Of a stretch of 64,000 nucleotides of DNA, positions 11,920 through 25,379 are shown piece by piece. Numbering within the stretch: the stretch's first letter is position 1; every line of letters starts with the position of its first letter. This DNA is from Octopus sinensis. Taxonomy: Eukaryota. Location of the stretch: the NCBI RefSeq assembly GCF_006345805.1, contig NC_043015.1:23746001-23810000 (forward strand). Reading direction: 5' to 3'. Made by a program: the position numbers and the translations under genes. The notes beneath the pieces are model-generated. The model ran no database searches. It was given only the letters and a program-made list of their open reading frames with translations, and was not told the origin of the DNA.

Positions 11920-12050
11920 GCAGAGAGAGAGAGCGAGAGAAAGAGAGAGAGAGAGAGAGAAGGAGAGAGAGGACGTGAGAGGGACAGAACGAGAGAGAGA
12001 AAGTGAGAGAGATAGAAGGAGAGAGAAAGAGAGAGAGAGAGAAGAAAGCA
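11920..12050. repeat. (AG)n-rich low-complexity tract
   Basis: GAGAGA runs; source of the spurious RE-rich and LS-rich ORFs. Confidence 0.9.
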
Positions 12051-12415
12051 CTGCAATGATGAGGAGACAGTTAGAGATACAAAATGATGGATGAAAAGAG
12101 ACATAGAAAGAGAAAGAGAGAGGAACAGAAGATGTAAGCGCAAGAGAAATATGCAGAAGAATCAGGGGGAAAATAATACGAAAATTAGCTAGTCAAGGCT
12201 CATTGAAGAGACATCATCAAATAGATATTTCCAGCATCGAAATACACAGACATGCAGTGATGGTGCCACTAGATTTTGGTCCTCGAATAAAAAAGAAAAT
12301 GACTAATTCTATATGAATTCTATTATAAGCAACGACTATACAATATAGCTTATATTTTATCCTAGTAACGATATGAAAGAATTATTGACTGTTGAAGAAA
12401 AAAAACACGTGAAGT

Positions 12416-12418
12416 GGA

Positions 12419-12504
<86 letters not shown>

Positions 12505-12662
12505 TGATGATAATGATAAGGATGATGATGATGAGGAGGAGGATTATGATGACGATGATGATGATGATGATAATAACAATAATGATAATAATAATAATAA
12601 TTATAATAATAATGATGATGATGATGATGATGGTGAGGAGGAGGAGGAGGAGAAGGATAATA
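12416..12662. repeat. Compound (AAT)n/(GAT)n/(GAG)n microsatellite
   Basis: Direct inspection; source of the poly-I, poly-H and poly-Y ORFs. Confidence 0.95.
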
Positions 12663-13315
12663 ATGCATGGAATACGTATTAGTAAAATCGTAGCGGAAAC
12701 TTAATTAAATTATGAAATTACATCGGCAAAATTGTGAAAGAAAATCTCATTAAAATTAAAATTTGGTCAACAGATAAAAGGAACAAGTAGCAGTTTGCTA
12801 AACCAATTATTCTTTATGTTAATCATACTGGAGCAGCCTCATAAAGAGTGAGTTGATAAGGTCTTTGTGAGGGCGGGCGGGTGTCTGGCTACAGGATTGT
12901 CCGTTCATACTTCTCAGCCGATTCATTATTGACATGCTTTGTAAATTGTTCTTTTTCTTTTGTGGCCACAAAGTCTGTGTGCAAGATAATTAATTGTTAC
13001 ACGTGGTTTTCCTCATTAAATTATGTATTTAACGTGGTGACGCACAGCCAACTAATATACGCCGGCAGACACTTTTCTCTGGTGATAGACTAAATCTGTC
13101 GTTCGAGGTTTTCACATCATCACAAGGTCCTCGAATCAATTCACCACGACGCAACAAAGCAAGGGAAGGGTTTCTGTACAGTTTCCTCCGAGTCAAATAC
13201 ACTTTAAAAGTCATGGATCGATCCAAAGCAACGATGCTCACGATGTCGCGCAGCGAGGTTGAAACACCGATTCCATGTTTGTTTCGATGCCAACTCTTTA
13301 ACTCTTAAACTATGC

Positions 13316-13334
13316 TGTAGTAGTAGTAGTAGTG

Positions 13335-13411
<77 letters not shown>

Positions 13412-13430
13412 GGTGGTGGTGGTGGTGGTT
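13316..13430. repeat. (TAG)n(TGG)n microsatellite
   Basis: Direct inspection. Confidence 0.95.
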
Positions 13431-13432
13431 AA

Positions 13433-13836
13433 GGCGGTGAGCTGGCAGAAACGTTAGCGCGCCGGGCGAAATGCTTAGCGGTATTTCATCTGCCGTTACG
13501 TTCTGAGTTCAAATTCCGCCTAGGTCGACTTTGCCTTTCATCCTTTCGGGGTCGATAAATTAAGTGCCAGTTACGCACTGGGGTCGATATAATCGATTTA
13601 ATCCGTTTGTCTGTCCTTGTTTGTCCTCTCTGTGTTTAGCCCCTTGTGGGTAGTAAAGAAATAGGTATTTCATCTGCCGCTACGTTCTGAGTTCGAATTC
13701 CGCCGAGGTCGACTTTGCCTTTCGTCCTTTCGGGATCGATTAAATGAGTACTAGTTACGCACTGGGGTCGATATAATCGACTTAATCCGTTTGTCCTCTC
13801 TGTGTTTAGCCCCTTGTGGGTAGTAAAGAAATAGGT
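13433..13836 (+). mobile_element. tRNA-derived SINE family B: full copy (13433-13666) plus a head-less tandem copy (13664-13836)
   Basis: Head GGCGGTGAGCTGGCAGAAACGTTAGC, B-box-like GAGTTCAAATTCC, central GCCTTTCATCCTTTCGGGGTCGATAAA (recalled as similar to the Meta/Sauria-type SINE domain, unverified), and 3' end CCCCTTGTGGGTAGTAAAGAAATAGGT repeated twice. Confidence 0.9.
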
Positions 13837-13857
13837 GGTGGTGGTGGTGGTGGTGAT

Positions 13858-15872
13858 GGTACACGATATTAAGGTCGGTAAAACACCGAGTCATCGTCCA
13901 AGATCGTGGAACTTCTGTCTGAGAAGAACAAGTTCCACAATGTTGTTCCAGCCGATCCAGGCTCTGCAACTCTGCAAAAGTAGAAGGATTCTCATGCCAC
14001 CGCACAACGCGTCATCAGAAATTCTCAAATCTTTTGGGGACTTTGAAAGGCGGAAAAAATTACATGTTTTGCAGACGATAAAAAATTTATGGATTCTACG
14101 ACCCCAGAGAAACTTCAGCCCAGTGAAATCGTCCCATTACAAAAAGAGAAAAATGTTATACTTCACAAATGGACCGAAACTTTTCAAGACCTGAATCAGA
14201 TCAACCCCACGGACCCCAGGGAAGTTGAAGAAATTCCAGGTCTTCCTATTCCGACAGAGCTTGACAACCGCGCAAGTTTTGATGACGTCCAACAGGCCAT
14301 CAACGGTCTCCAAAAGAAGCAGTACTCACGTGCCGATGGAATCCCAGTTGAGATTTACAAGTATGTTAGGCCTCATCTCATATCTCATCTTTACACTTTG
14401 TTCCTTCTCTGTTGGTAGGGGATGATAATACCTAACAGGTGAAAACAGTTCAATATTGTCACAATCTACAAGCACAAGGAAAACTGTGTAGAGTGCGACA
14501 ACAGCAGGGGATTCTCTCTTTCTGGATAACATCACGAACAGCAGAGTGACCCGTTACGCTTCAAAGATCCAACAAAGGCGTTTGAAACGGTCAAGCGCCC
14601 TATGTTGTGGTGCCTGTTTCAGAAGTTTGGCTATCCATCAACAACAGCTCTCTGGTTCGTGCAGAAGTTTCCTGATGGTATGCAAGTGAGAGTGAAGCCT
14701 CGGAATCCTTTGATATCGAACCGGGAGTAAAACAGGAATACTTCCCTGCTCCTGCACCATTTAACATTTACCTGGTGGCTCTAACTTTTCTTTCCAGGAA
14801 GAAGACGGTATTTGTATCAGGTACCGCTCTAATAGAAGCCTGAAAACCACATGAAAAATCATCTCGACCGAAGTATACGTTATTCACTTGGACGAAGTTT
14901 CAGCTGCACCATTTCACACCACCTATCCTTAACATATGATGAAGTCAATGAACAGTGCCTATTCTCAGCTTGGTCTTCAAGTGAATCATCGGAAAACTGA
15001 ATTTCTTCAATCAGCTTTTCCATACTCACCTGCTCCTCATCCAATTCTTAATGATGATGCTACTCTACCGCAGGCAAACTCATTTTGATATTGTAGAAGC
15101 ACAATCTCTCACACTGGGGCCCTTAACAGTGTGATACACTTGCGGATCAACTTAGTTTCTGCATCTTTCTGGAGAATCAGCGAACGAGACTTTCAGAACA
15201 AGAACATTAGAGCCAGCACATAATCCCCGTATAACGAGATGTCTCAGTATCCCCTCCTCTTGTGTGGGTGGTCTGAGTACTGAGCACTTTATCAGATCCA
15301 GATCACGCAACAGGAAGTTTTCCGTATTAGATGGAAGGAAAATATGCCTCATACCAAAATCTCCATGAGGGCTGGGATCTACAGCATTGAGGCCTGCGTC
15401 CCCGGTCATCTTTCACGCTGGATTGGCTATGTGATTAGGATGCCAGGTAACCGACTTGCAAAAGATAATTCTCTTCAGCGAGATCGCAACTTGAAGTAGA
15501 CTTCATAGCCGACCAAAGCTTAACTTTCATAATTATTTCAAGTAGTCTCTCATTTCATATGGTGCCCTTGGAAACCCTGGCTGTTCATTGCAAGGCATGG
15601 AAATCCGTGTTTGATGCTGGAGCAGATCTCTTTGTAACCGAACACAGGAAATTGCAAGAAGATAGGAGGTGACGTCTTCACCAGACCCCACATTTGTTGT
15701 TCAGAGTCACTTTCAGTATCCTCAATACCATAAGATCTGTCTCTCTCGTATCGGTCTTGTCAGCCATGTCCGCTCTGATTAGAAAAAAATGTACTGGAAG
15801 CGGAGGAGCATGAATATCTTGGATCGACGCTGTCATCATCTTTGATGGGATGTCATAAGTAAGTAAGTAAGC
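13858..15872 (+). mobile_element. RTE-clade LINE, 5'-truncated and heavily decayed
   Basis: ILHKW..ADGIPVEIYK..LFLLCW, IVTIYK..CDN.RGI, KAFETV..LW and GVKQ-like RT motifs in broken frames; C-terminal CLSRIGLVSH (~15735-15770); (TAAG)n tail at 15857-15872. Confidence 0.85.
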
Positions 15873-16002
15873 GGATATCATGATATAGTTTTCAGTCTAA
15901 ATTGACATAACTTGATATACGGACACGCTTCAAGTGCTTTACAGAAGCACCTTTTGTGAATCAAGTAAAAGATAAAACTTAAAGACATATACACGTGAAC
16001 AA

Positions 16003-16105
16003 CTGGCTTCCACATAGCTTCCATTTAAAAAATTCACTCATATGATATTAGTCAGAACGGTGCCATTACAGGCACTTGCCCTCGGTTCCACGCATTGCAC
16101 AAATT
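16003..16105 (-). mobile_element. SINE family A-related fragment
   Basis: GCTTCCACATAGCTTCC..AATTCACTCA..CACTTGCCC is the reverse complement of the SINE A body. Confidence 0.5.
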
Positions 16106-17232
16106 CTGAAGCCTTATGGTTGTAACTGGAGCTTTTTAAACAAACGGCCCTCGCCTCCTTTATATTTTGTCGAACAACTGAAAATTATTGTCAAATCAGG
16201 CGGAAAATCAATTGTTTATGCAGAGGCTTTTAATAGAGTTGTCATTTTGCAGATAAGACTGAACAGTAGCTGCTAGTCATTGCAAGTCTCCTACCTGCAA
16301 TTAAGACTAGGCAACTAAGAACAAACTGGCCATCCACGTTCGGGGTAGACATTCTTCATAAAAGAGGCTGAATCGTCTTCCTTACTGTTGTAAATACCAT
16401 CACCAATAATTGATGATGCTACATACAAAATAAAATTATACCATTTGCTGGAAGATAATTGTACGACGCCGGTAAAATATGATTGAGAGAAAATGCTTGC
16501 TAACTAAAGTAGGCCAGAAGCAAATTTTAGGAAGTATAAATAATTCGTCGCTCATTTATACTCAAACAATTTGAGAACATTTAGAGTCGAGGCTGTGGTT
16601 CATGTATTTACTCATCATTCTGTATGTGGTTTTGTATTATTAACGCTAAGAAGATATGAAATAATTTACATAAAGATCAACAAACCGGTAGATACAGGTA
16701 AAGTAAGCAAGCGATTCAAATAGTGTCTATTTTATCTTAATTGTGTCCCATATCCTTAGGGATAAACAAGTAGTATTCAAATGCTACAGTGTGAATTAAA
16801 GGATATAGAACGTCGACAACGTATATAATAAAGTATTAGATAGAATTGAATACTTATGCTACGGAGGCGTAAATACAAAATATGTATGGTAAATTGCACA
16901 ACTGCGCACCTGAAAGCGCACACATATATATATAAATACTAATATTTCACAAAACAAAAATTTAACAGAAAACGTTATACAAATATACATGTACATATGT
17001 GTATATGTTAGTAAATTATGAATATAAAATCATCATATAAGCATACATATGTATATTTATACACCCACACACATAAGTGCGGCGGCGGTAGATGTGTGGT
17101 AAGAAACTTGTTGCATATATATACGTGTGTTTGTGAGCGTATATAGGGAGGGGGAGTGCAGGTGTGCACGTACGCGTTGTGTGTCCTTATATCTGTGCTT
17201 GTCAAAACTGTTATGGGATCGAATATTCTGGG

Positions 17233-17302
<70 letters not shown>

Positions 17303-17310
17303 ATATATAT

Positions 17311-17354
<44 letters not shown>

Positions 17355-17356
<2 letters not shown>

Positions 17357-17500
17357 CTCTGTTTATTTTCTCGTGTTTCTTTCTGTTGAAGTGTGTAGGG
17401 CTCGAAACGTAAAAGACTTTCTCACCTTCCCGAGCGTTAAACTAATCCACCTGTTTGTTGTTTATACAACTGTCTTCGTCTTTTGTTTTCAGTAAATTCC

Positions 17501-17503
<3 letters not shown>
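17355..17503 (+). mobile_element. Short ORF-less Penelope-type module with variant hammerhead (17378-17416)
   Basis: TCTTT-CTGTTGA-A-GTGTGTAGGGCTC-GAAA-CG-TA-AAAGA. Downstream it is homologous to the minus-strand copy at 22803-22985. Flanked by (TA)n and (CT)n. Confidence 0.65.
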
Positions 17504-17540
<37 letters not shown>

Positions 17541-17549
17541 ATATATATA

Positions 17550-17587
<38 letters not shown>

Positions 17588-18341
17588 GTGTGTGCGTGCG
17601 TATGTGTACGTTTGGACGTGTGCAGGTGCGTTTATGTATATATATACACGATATACATTCAAAAATTAAATGGAATATAAAATGCTACACCAACTTATAG
17701 ATGGGGTGTGCTGGCCATTAGGCTCCAGTTTACGGGTCAAATTCGCCTTACAGTATAATACACGGTACATGAGCAACTAAACGAACGAAACGTTACATTT
17801 CGGGATACGTCGCAATTTTAAAAATGATGAATTTAAAAGTGAAACAAAAGATGGAAAAAACATTTTCACATAATTTTCTAGTGTAACAACAGGCCTAGAG
17901 AAATGATTACTAGCACACTATCAGATATCCAGCCAAGACAATTCAAACTACGGTAAAATTCCGTGCCAATTCTTTTGACTGATGAAGAAAACGATAAACA
18001 AACCACAGTCACTCAGGAGCTGTGTGTTAGAGTGAATGCTGATAACATTCAGCAATACGATAGAACAAAATGTTAGCTAACATAAGAATAGCCTCACAGT
18101 GATTCGGATAATTGCGACCGTAAGTAATAAACCGAGAGAAAAAAAATACAAGCCGAAAAGATACATATGTCGAAGCGGCACAATCTATCGATGGATAACT
18201 GCAACAAAATAATTCGATTGATAATTCGATTTCTCTTGATCGACGAATACCTATAGTGGACCACTATAGTTAGAACTGGATAAAAGTAAATGCGTTCTCT
18301 GTGTTACAACTATATAAGTAATGTATACCGATATATTGATT

Positions 18342-18445
<104 letters not shown>

Positions 18446-18855
18446 AACAGACAGGCAGGCAAACAGGTGGGAAATTTTAATATGGCATACTTGACGCTTG
18501 CGTATCGCTGAAAAGTGAGAGTTTCAGTCTGGAAGAAATACCTGAAGTGAAACGAGTAACTTTTATTGACAAGCAGCATTTGCGGTGACATGCGCACCTG
18601 ATACTCTCGTAGATACTTCCGAGACGATTTCGTATTGCGAAGCTTCGAATTTTTTCATTCTTTACTTTTTCCTTTAGTACAATACGTCTGGAGAAAACAG
18701 CAGCGTCTGCTTTTCCAAACACGTACATGTCTCAAGTATATCATATAAATAAAAATTTCATTTTAGAGCAGTTTTTATTGCATAATTTGACTGTACATAT
18801 GCATTCATATATATTTATGTATATTTACGTACACTGCACAGACACACACACACAC

Positions 18856-20292
18856 GCTAACAGAATGAAACTTGGGACTTCTCGGTTTTCTGTGAATTGA
18901 TTTCGATATCACATTTCCCAGCTGGCTTGCACACAATGACAGCACCATTGTTATGTTTTAATTATTCTGTGTAACGTTGTTTCTTTTGTTTATATTTCAA
19001 ATTCTTCAGTTCTTGGGTGAACCACGCTAATAAATTTTTATTGAAAATAGCCTGGACTTTTTTTTTCATAAAATGAAGGTTAATAGTACATATTAAGCAT
19101 ACATTGAGTATATTTTTAACAGAAAACTATAATGATAAAACATTTATTGATATAATGAATTATTTAACCACGTAACCGCAATTTCAACGGATAACTTCAA
19201 AAGCTCTATTAGTCATGGGATGTGCAAACTTCTTAATTGTAGCAGGTTGGAATGTCTGTGCTGCAGCTTTGATGGTCGCCCATAAGATATCTTTCGACGT
19301 AAATTGGCGTCCATCAGCATAAACATCTTTTTTAAAGATGGATTAAAGATTTTCATTAGGTTTGAGAACCGGAGATGCTGGCGACCACAACATGAACCGT
19401 TCATGTTGTTTGCCGTAAGAGCTTAGTAATATTTGGGTTGTCCTAGCAGCGTGAGAGGGAAGGTTATCATGCATAAATACGAGATTACTTACAAATGGCA
19501 GTGGTATGCCATCTAACCAAGGATCCAAGACCTCCTTCAGGATATTGCAGTCTGCGGTCACTTTAACCCCTTCAGACATCCTGACTGGGCCAACACATCT
19601 GTCGCCAATGCTATCAGCCACAACATGACTATTCCACCATATTGTTGACGTTGTAAACTCCGAAAGAGACCCAACCACATGCCCAATCGTCACGTCCGTC
19701 AAGGGTCGCCTTGGTTTCGTCAGTGAACAGAACACAGCTCATGCGTAACGTCATTTATCTCTTCGTCCATTGAAGCCTCAAACTCCTGTGACGGAACGTT
19801 GAAGGAGGCAGTTTCATGATCCGAAGATGTGATTTCAGTACATTAAGAAGTCCGGAGGCGGTGAAAATGGCTTTGCTTCTTTGTCTAAGATTCACAAGTA
19901 ATTTGAGGCCAAAGATCCTGAAATCACTAGCTGTCAGTCTTGGAGTTCCCACAATCGGATCATTTCTTCCTTGGTGAAGTGTTCTTCAGGAACCGTCCAA
20001 TCGTGTCCACATGACGACGTAATTTCTCCTTAATGACATGAAGACAGGTGCTTTACCACTTTTTTCATCGTTAAGGCCTTTTCCATGGCGCATTGTACTT
20101 AGAGACGAGGGACGCTATTAATGTGGTTTACACAAAAACTGAAGATTCAGAAGTAAAAAAGAAAGGATGTTACACAGAATAGTGAAAACATAATAATACG
20201 GTTGCCATAGTGTTCAATCCAGCTGGGAAATGTGTTATTAAAATTGATTCGTAGAAAACCGAGAAATCCGAAATTTCAATCCTAACCTATTA
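18856..20292 (-). mobile_element. Tc1-like (DD34E) transposon with long (~180 bp) inverted terminal repeats; decayed
   Basis: Transposase remnants FMHDNLPSHAA and WSPASPVLKPNENL. Arms 18856-19032 and 20115-20292 are reverse complements (TTCTCGGTTTTCT..CACATTTCCCAGCTGG..TATTCTGTGTAAC..AACCAC). Confidence 0.85.
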
Positions 20293-20298
20293 GGGTGG

Positions 20299-20337
<39 letters not shown>

Positions 20338-20373
20338 GTGTGTGTGTGTGTGTGTGTGTTTGTAAATGCATAT

Positions 20374-20774
20374 TCTTTTATTCGTTCGCTTCCTTTAGTC
20401 ATGTGATTGCGGCCATGATTTTGTTCCGCCTTAAAGGGTCTAGTCGAAGAAATCGACGCCAGAACATATTCTATATAGGCCTAGTACTTATTCTAGCGGT
20501 TTCTTTTGCCGAACATGCTAAGTTACGGGGACGTAAACACACCAACATCGGTGTCAAGTAATTCTTGGGGAAGAAACAGACACAAAGACACTAAAATACC
20601 TATACATATATACGACGGGCTTCTTTCAGTTATGCCTAGAAAATCCACTCACAAGTTTTCGGTTGACGCGAGGCTAAACTAGAAGACACTTGCCGAAGGT
20701 GCCACGCAGTTGGAGTGAACATAGAACAATGTGGTTATGAAGCAAGCTCCTTACAACTGAGTGAAGCATGCGCC
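20374..20774 (-). mobile_element. SINE family A, full-length degenerate copy
   Basis: Collinear with 62224-62652 (GGGGACGTAAACACACC, ACGACGGGCTTCTTTCAG, GAAGACACTTGCC). Confidence 0.85.
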
Positions 20775-20843
20775 TATATATATATTAATGTATGTATACA
20801 TGTATACAGGTGCATACATATATATGTATAATTATGTATATGT

Positions 20844-20903
<60 letters not shown>

Positions 20904-21052
20904 ATATATATATGTATATATATATATACATATATAGATATAGATATGTGCATATATACAACCATACATATTTATGTGTATGCATAAATATACAAATATA
21001 TTCAAATATATGTGTGTATGTGTATGTTTGTAGATGAATAGAAATACAGACG

Positions 21053-21160
<108 letters not shown>

Positions 21161-21902
21161 CAGGTAGATAGGTTCCTGAACTGTCTGGTAATATTCTGTC
21201 AATCTATTCTTCTTTTGCTCTTTGAAACCTAACAATCGCTTCGTTGTATTCTTCGACAAAACACTTATTTGTAAACGTTTCATTAGCAGTAGCAATCTAG
21301 TTGGGATAAGCACCAGGTTATTGTTGGAATTTTGGTTGTTACTATGGAATACATTTGCCATCCGCTTAACGTCATACAACAAAAGCAACCAACATAAGCT
21401 TTTAAATTCCTTTCTACAGCTCAGAGTACATTCCGATTCCCCTGACATTTAAAGGTGCGTAAGTGGAACTGTGTATAATCTTGCACGGAAATATAATTCA
21501 ACGCTTGTATCGATCGAAGAATATACTGAAGTCTTTTTACAAGATATAATGTATACTACTATTTTGTGTGTCCATCTGTTAATAACTATTCTAGCCTCAA
21601 GATATCTTAACTATGTAAAGCTATTTGCTGCAATATATCACCACGTTAGTACTATTAATAATATGTATGTAGTTGGCACATTACAACTACATTAAAAAAT
21701 TCCATTGCTAAATGTTACCAGCTTCCACTATATACATGTGTATAGTGAGTCAAACACACTTGAATGTCTGGGAGTCAGTGTGTGCATGGTAGTCTCTACA
21801 TGCATGTGTGTGTGTATGTTCTGTATATGTGTGTATATGTGTGTGCATACATGGAGATATTTATGTACACCTCATATACATATGTGGTATATATATACGT
21901 GG

Positions 21903-21938
<36 letters not shown>

Positions 21939-22023
21939 ATATATATATACAGTGAGAGAGTGAGAGAGAGATGCATAGGTACATACATATATATGTATGT
22001 ATAATTATGTATATGTGTATGTG

Positions 22024-22080
<57 letters not shown>

Positions 22081-22094
22081 ATGTATGTATGTAT

Positions 22095-22760
22095 ATTTTA
22101 TGTCAGATCACTTTCGAGTGCTACTGGTAACATGTAACCCAGTACAACCTGTTGCATGGTCGGATCGTCGGCGACTAAACCGGCAACCCCACCAAGCTTG
22201 CTTGATGAGGAGGGTGATTATTGGATACCCTGCTTGATGAAAAACAAAACTCGTCAAAGGGCGGAGGAATTCTTGAGAGTCAACGGCCATCCGATAAATG
22301 TGTATTTTTTTCTCTAAGGCTTAAGGCTGTATCATGCGCGAGGACATAGAAATAATCGAACTGAATACCCGATCGTGCAGTTAAACCATTGGGAGTGAAG
22401 GACTCCTAGCCTTTGTTAGGGCATCCTTCTAGGAGAAGGTAACTCAGGTAACTAGGATAACTCCGACATAAACCCTGCGGCTCAGAGGTTACCGATGATG
22501 TTGACTTGTTCTTCTTTTAGGATTATGGCTGCTGTTGCTTAGTGGGATTGACTCAGTGCACAGCCTTTCCTCACTTTAAAAAAATCTTCTTGCACAGGCA
22601 TTGCACGATAACAACATTGATCATGATTGTTGATGGTGCTGTGAGTCTCAACTGAATTGTTGGATGTAGCCTTAAAAAGCAAATAAAAGTCACATTCGAT
22701 GACAGCACCAATAACAGTTAAGCTTCGTGCAATGGCCATACTCGATAAGGAAGGGGCAGC
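22095..22760 (+). mobile_element. Interspersed repeat, possibly the 5' leader of an RTE-type LINE
   Basis: GC-elevated island between microsatellites containing GGGCATCCTTCTAGGAGAAGGTAACTC, similar to recalled RTE 5' UTR motifs. No coding motif is seen. Confidence 0.3.
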
Positions 22761-22767
22761 CATTATG

Positions 22768-22802
<35 letters not shown>

Positions 22803-22804
<2 letters not shown>

Positions 22805-22985
22805 CGGGAAGCTTTATGAAAATAAACAAAAGACGAAGGCAGGTGGAGTACAAACAAACAATTGTATTAGTATGGCGCTCAGGAATATAAATAAAACAAA
22901 TGTTTTACGTTTCGAGCCTACGCTCTTCAACAGAAAGATACACAGAAAAGAAACACGGAGAGAAACGAGGAGAGAAAAATATGCG
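22803..22985 (-). mobile_element. Short ORF-less Penelope-type module with variant hammerhead (22901-22938)
   Basis: Minus strand: TCTTT-CTGTTGA-A-GAGC GTAG GCTC-GAAA-CG-TA-AAACA. Ends in (TA)n at ~22800; homologous to 17355-17503. Confidence 0.7.
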
Positions 22986-24590
22986 TGCAGAAGCTAGCGA
23001 TTCAACATGGCGATATGTATACAATGAGCGGATGAGAGAGAGAGAGTGAGGGAATGTTGTAGGTTTCCCGCTAAAACGGCCCGAGTTTCATTACTCAAGA
23101 TTTTCGTCCTGCTTAAATGATATATAAATAAGTGGAACAATCTCCTCCTTGAGAAGGGGGTGAAAATTTGTAGAATATTTAACTTCCCTCGGCTGCTGAC
23201 AGACGTTTTTAGCTGTGTAGACAGGAACAAAGCGCACCGGAGAGTTATGCTCAAGAAAGCTTTTACTATACAATCTGGGAATCGGAACCATTACCTTATT
23301 CCAAAATACTTTATATTCGTTCCGTAATATTGTTTTGTATGTTAAATTCTCTTACTATTTCAGCACTGAAAGTCTATTCACTCGAAGAAGTAACCATTTT
23401 GTTGAAATAATAGTCTCAAATATCTTCATAGTAAACCGCAATGAATTAGACTGAGCACAATACATTGTATAACAAAATTCTACATGAATTCAGCATACTT
23501 TTCTTTTTCTACACAATTGCTAGACACATTATTTACATAGAAATTGGAAGAATAATAAACATGAAATCCTGCATTACTTGATGGAGCTACATTTTTCTAT
23601 CGCCCTCATGCTTTCATGTTTCATAGTTATTGTCATTTCAGGAAGAATCACAAAACCACATGTATACTCTCTTAGACCAAAATTCAAAAGACACTTCTTC
23701 AAATACGGAGCTCTGACGAGCATAATGAACACATACAAACAGAAATATGAGCTCCGTTCTTAAACTGATGACCCCGTGATATTTTGCACATCGCTGTGAG
23801 TATATACTGAATGATATACGTAAGAAAATGAGAGGAGGCTGTCACGTTTCCCTTGAAGTGAATTAGTACTGGATGTCAGACTGTTGTGTGTACCATTCCG
23901 TTAGCTGGAGACACGTCAGAGCAGAGAATCTGTCTTGATACAGGCTTCATTATTCAACAAACTTTCTGCGTACCAGAGAACTACTGGATCAGAGGTAACC
24001 TGTGGCATCACAACAACAACAACAACACTAATGTATTACAAATGTTGGTTTTTATTTTCAACTAGGAAGAACTATGCTGGTAGGGAATACAATTCCTTTC
24101 GTGTAAAGAAACACATTTCATTTTTCTCAGGAGAAATCAGAAAATATAAATATATGAAAACAAATTTAGTACAAATCATATATAAAATTCACATTGTTGA
24201 AACTTTTAATATATTTAAAACTCAACAAATTTTATTATATTTTCCTCTCTTTTTTAATATGTATTTCATTTATTTCGTGTTATATGATTCTACATTTAAA
24301 GGTATGTATTCTATTTGTTACTCTTGCTTTATGTAATGTTATTTTATTCAATCAAAAACCAGATTAATACAATTTATCTAAATATACTTTCATCGGTGTA
24401 CCATAAGTCTCACACGTTCACCTTTAGAGTTTTAGATATTAAATATATTTTAATAGGCAAAACAAAATTATTCAACAAAAAGTAATGTTTACTGGAATAG
24501 CAGTAAAATTAAAACAAAAATTACTATAATTTAATCTTAGGAAAATATACACTGCAGGTAATAGGATACATATTGTGTGTATATATATAT

Positions 24591-24640
<50 letters not shown>

Positions 24641-24692
24641 TATGTATATGTCTCTGTATGTATGCATGTGTATGCCTAAGTATAAACATGCA

Positions 24693-24728
<36 letters not shown>

Positions 24729-24931
24729 GAGAGAGAGAGAAGAGAGAAGAGAGAGAGAATATGATACATAGATATACATGCGTACATATAAGCATGTGTG
24801 TTTTCATACATTTCACACCTATCGCCGGTTTCAAACTATCTATGTTCGCCTAAATATAAATGTACAAAGTAAAATAGTCCCAAACACACGCAAATATATT
24901 TATAATATAGAATATATGCATATAAGATTAA

Positions 24932-24980
<49 letters not shown>

Positions 24981-25379
24981 CGTGTGTGTGTGTGTGCGTG
25001 TGTGTATGCATTTACCTAATTTATCTTCGTGTACATATACACTTAAACGCATATATACATGCATACCGAGAATGATTGTATTATCACTGATAAAATACAG
25101 TATCGCAATGTTAGATTCCATGGTGTCGGCCTCTCTCTGATGCTTTATGTAAACCTATTGCCATTCATGTTGAGTGCAAAGAGAGTCTCACTGAGTCACC
25201 AGGAAACAAAAGTAACAAAATTATACATTGCTTCTTTCTGGATAACTTGAAACTGTTTTTTGAGAGTGAGCATTAAATGAAAAAAAAAAAGCCTGAACTG
25301 CCTACAATATTCTCAATGGATATAAGGTTGGAGTTTGGCCAGGATAAGTGTTGCTATATGGTTGTGAAAAGAGAAAAAA

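Noticed and set aside
22095-22200. Possible HDV-like ribozyme at the start of the RTE-like leader
   Set aside because: A P4-like hairpin and CTAA are present, but P1 and P3 could not be built.
23705-23757. ACGGAGCT-CTGACGA..GAAA-TATG-AGCTCCGT hammerhead-like pattern
   Set aside because: Stem II cannot form and position 17 would be G. The 8-bp stem is largely two GAGCTC palindromes, so chance is plausible.
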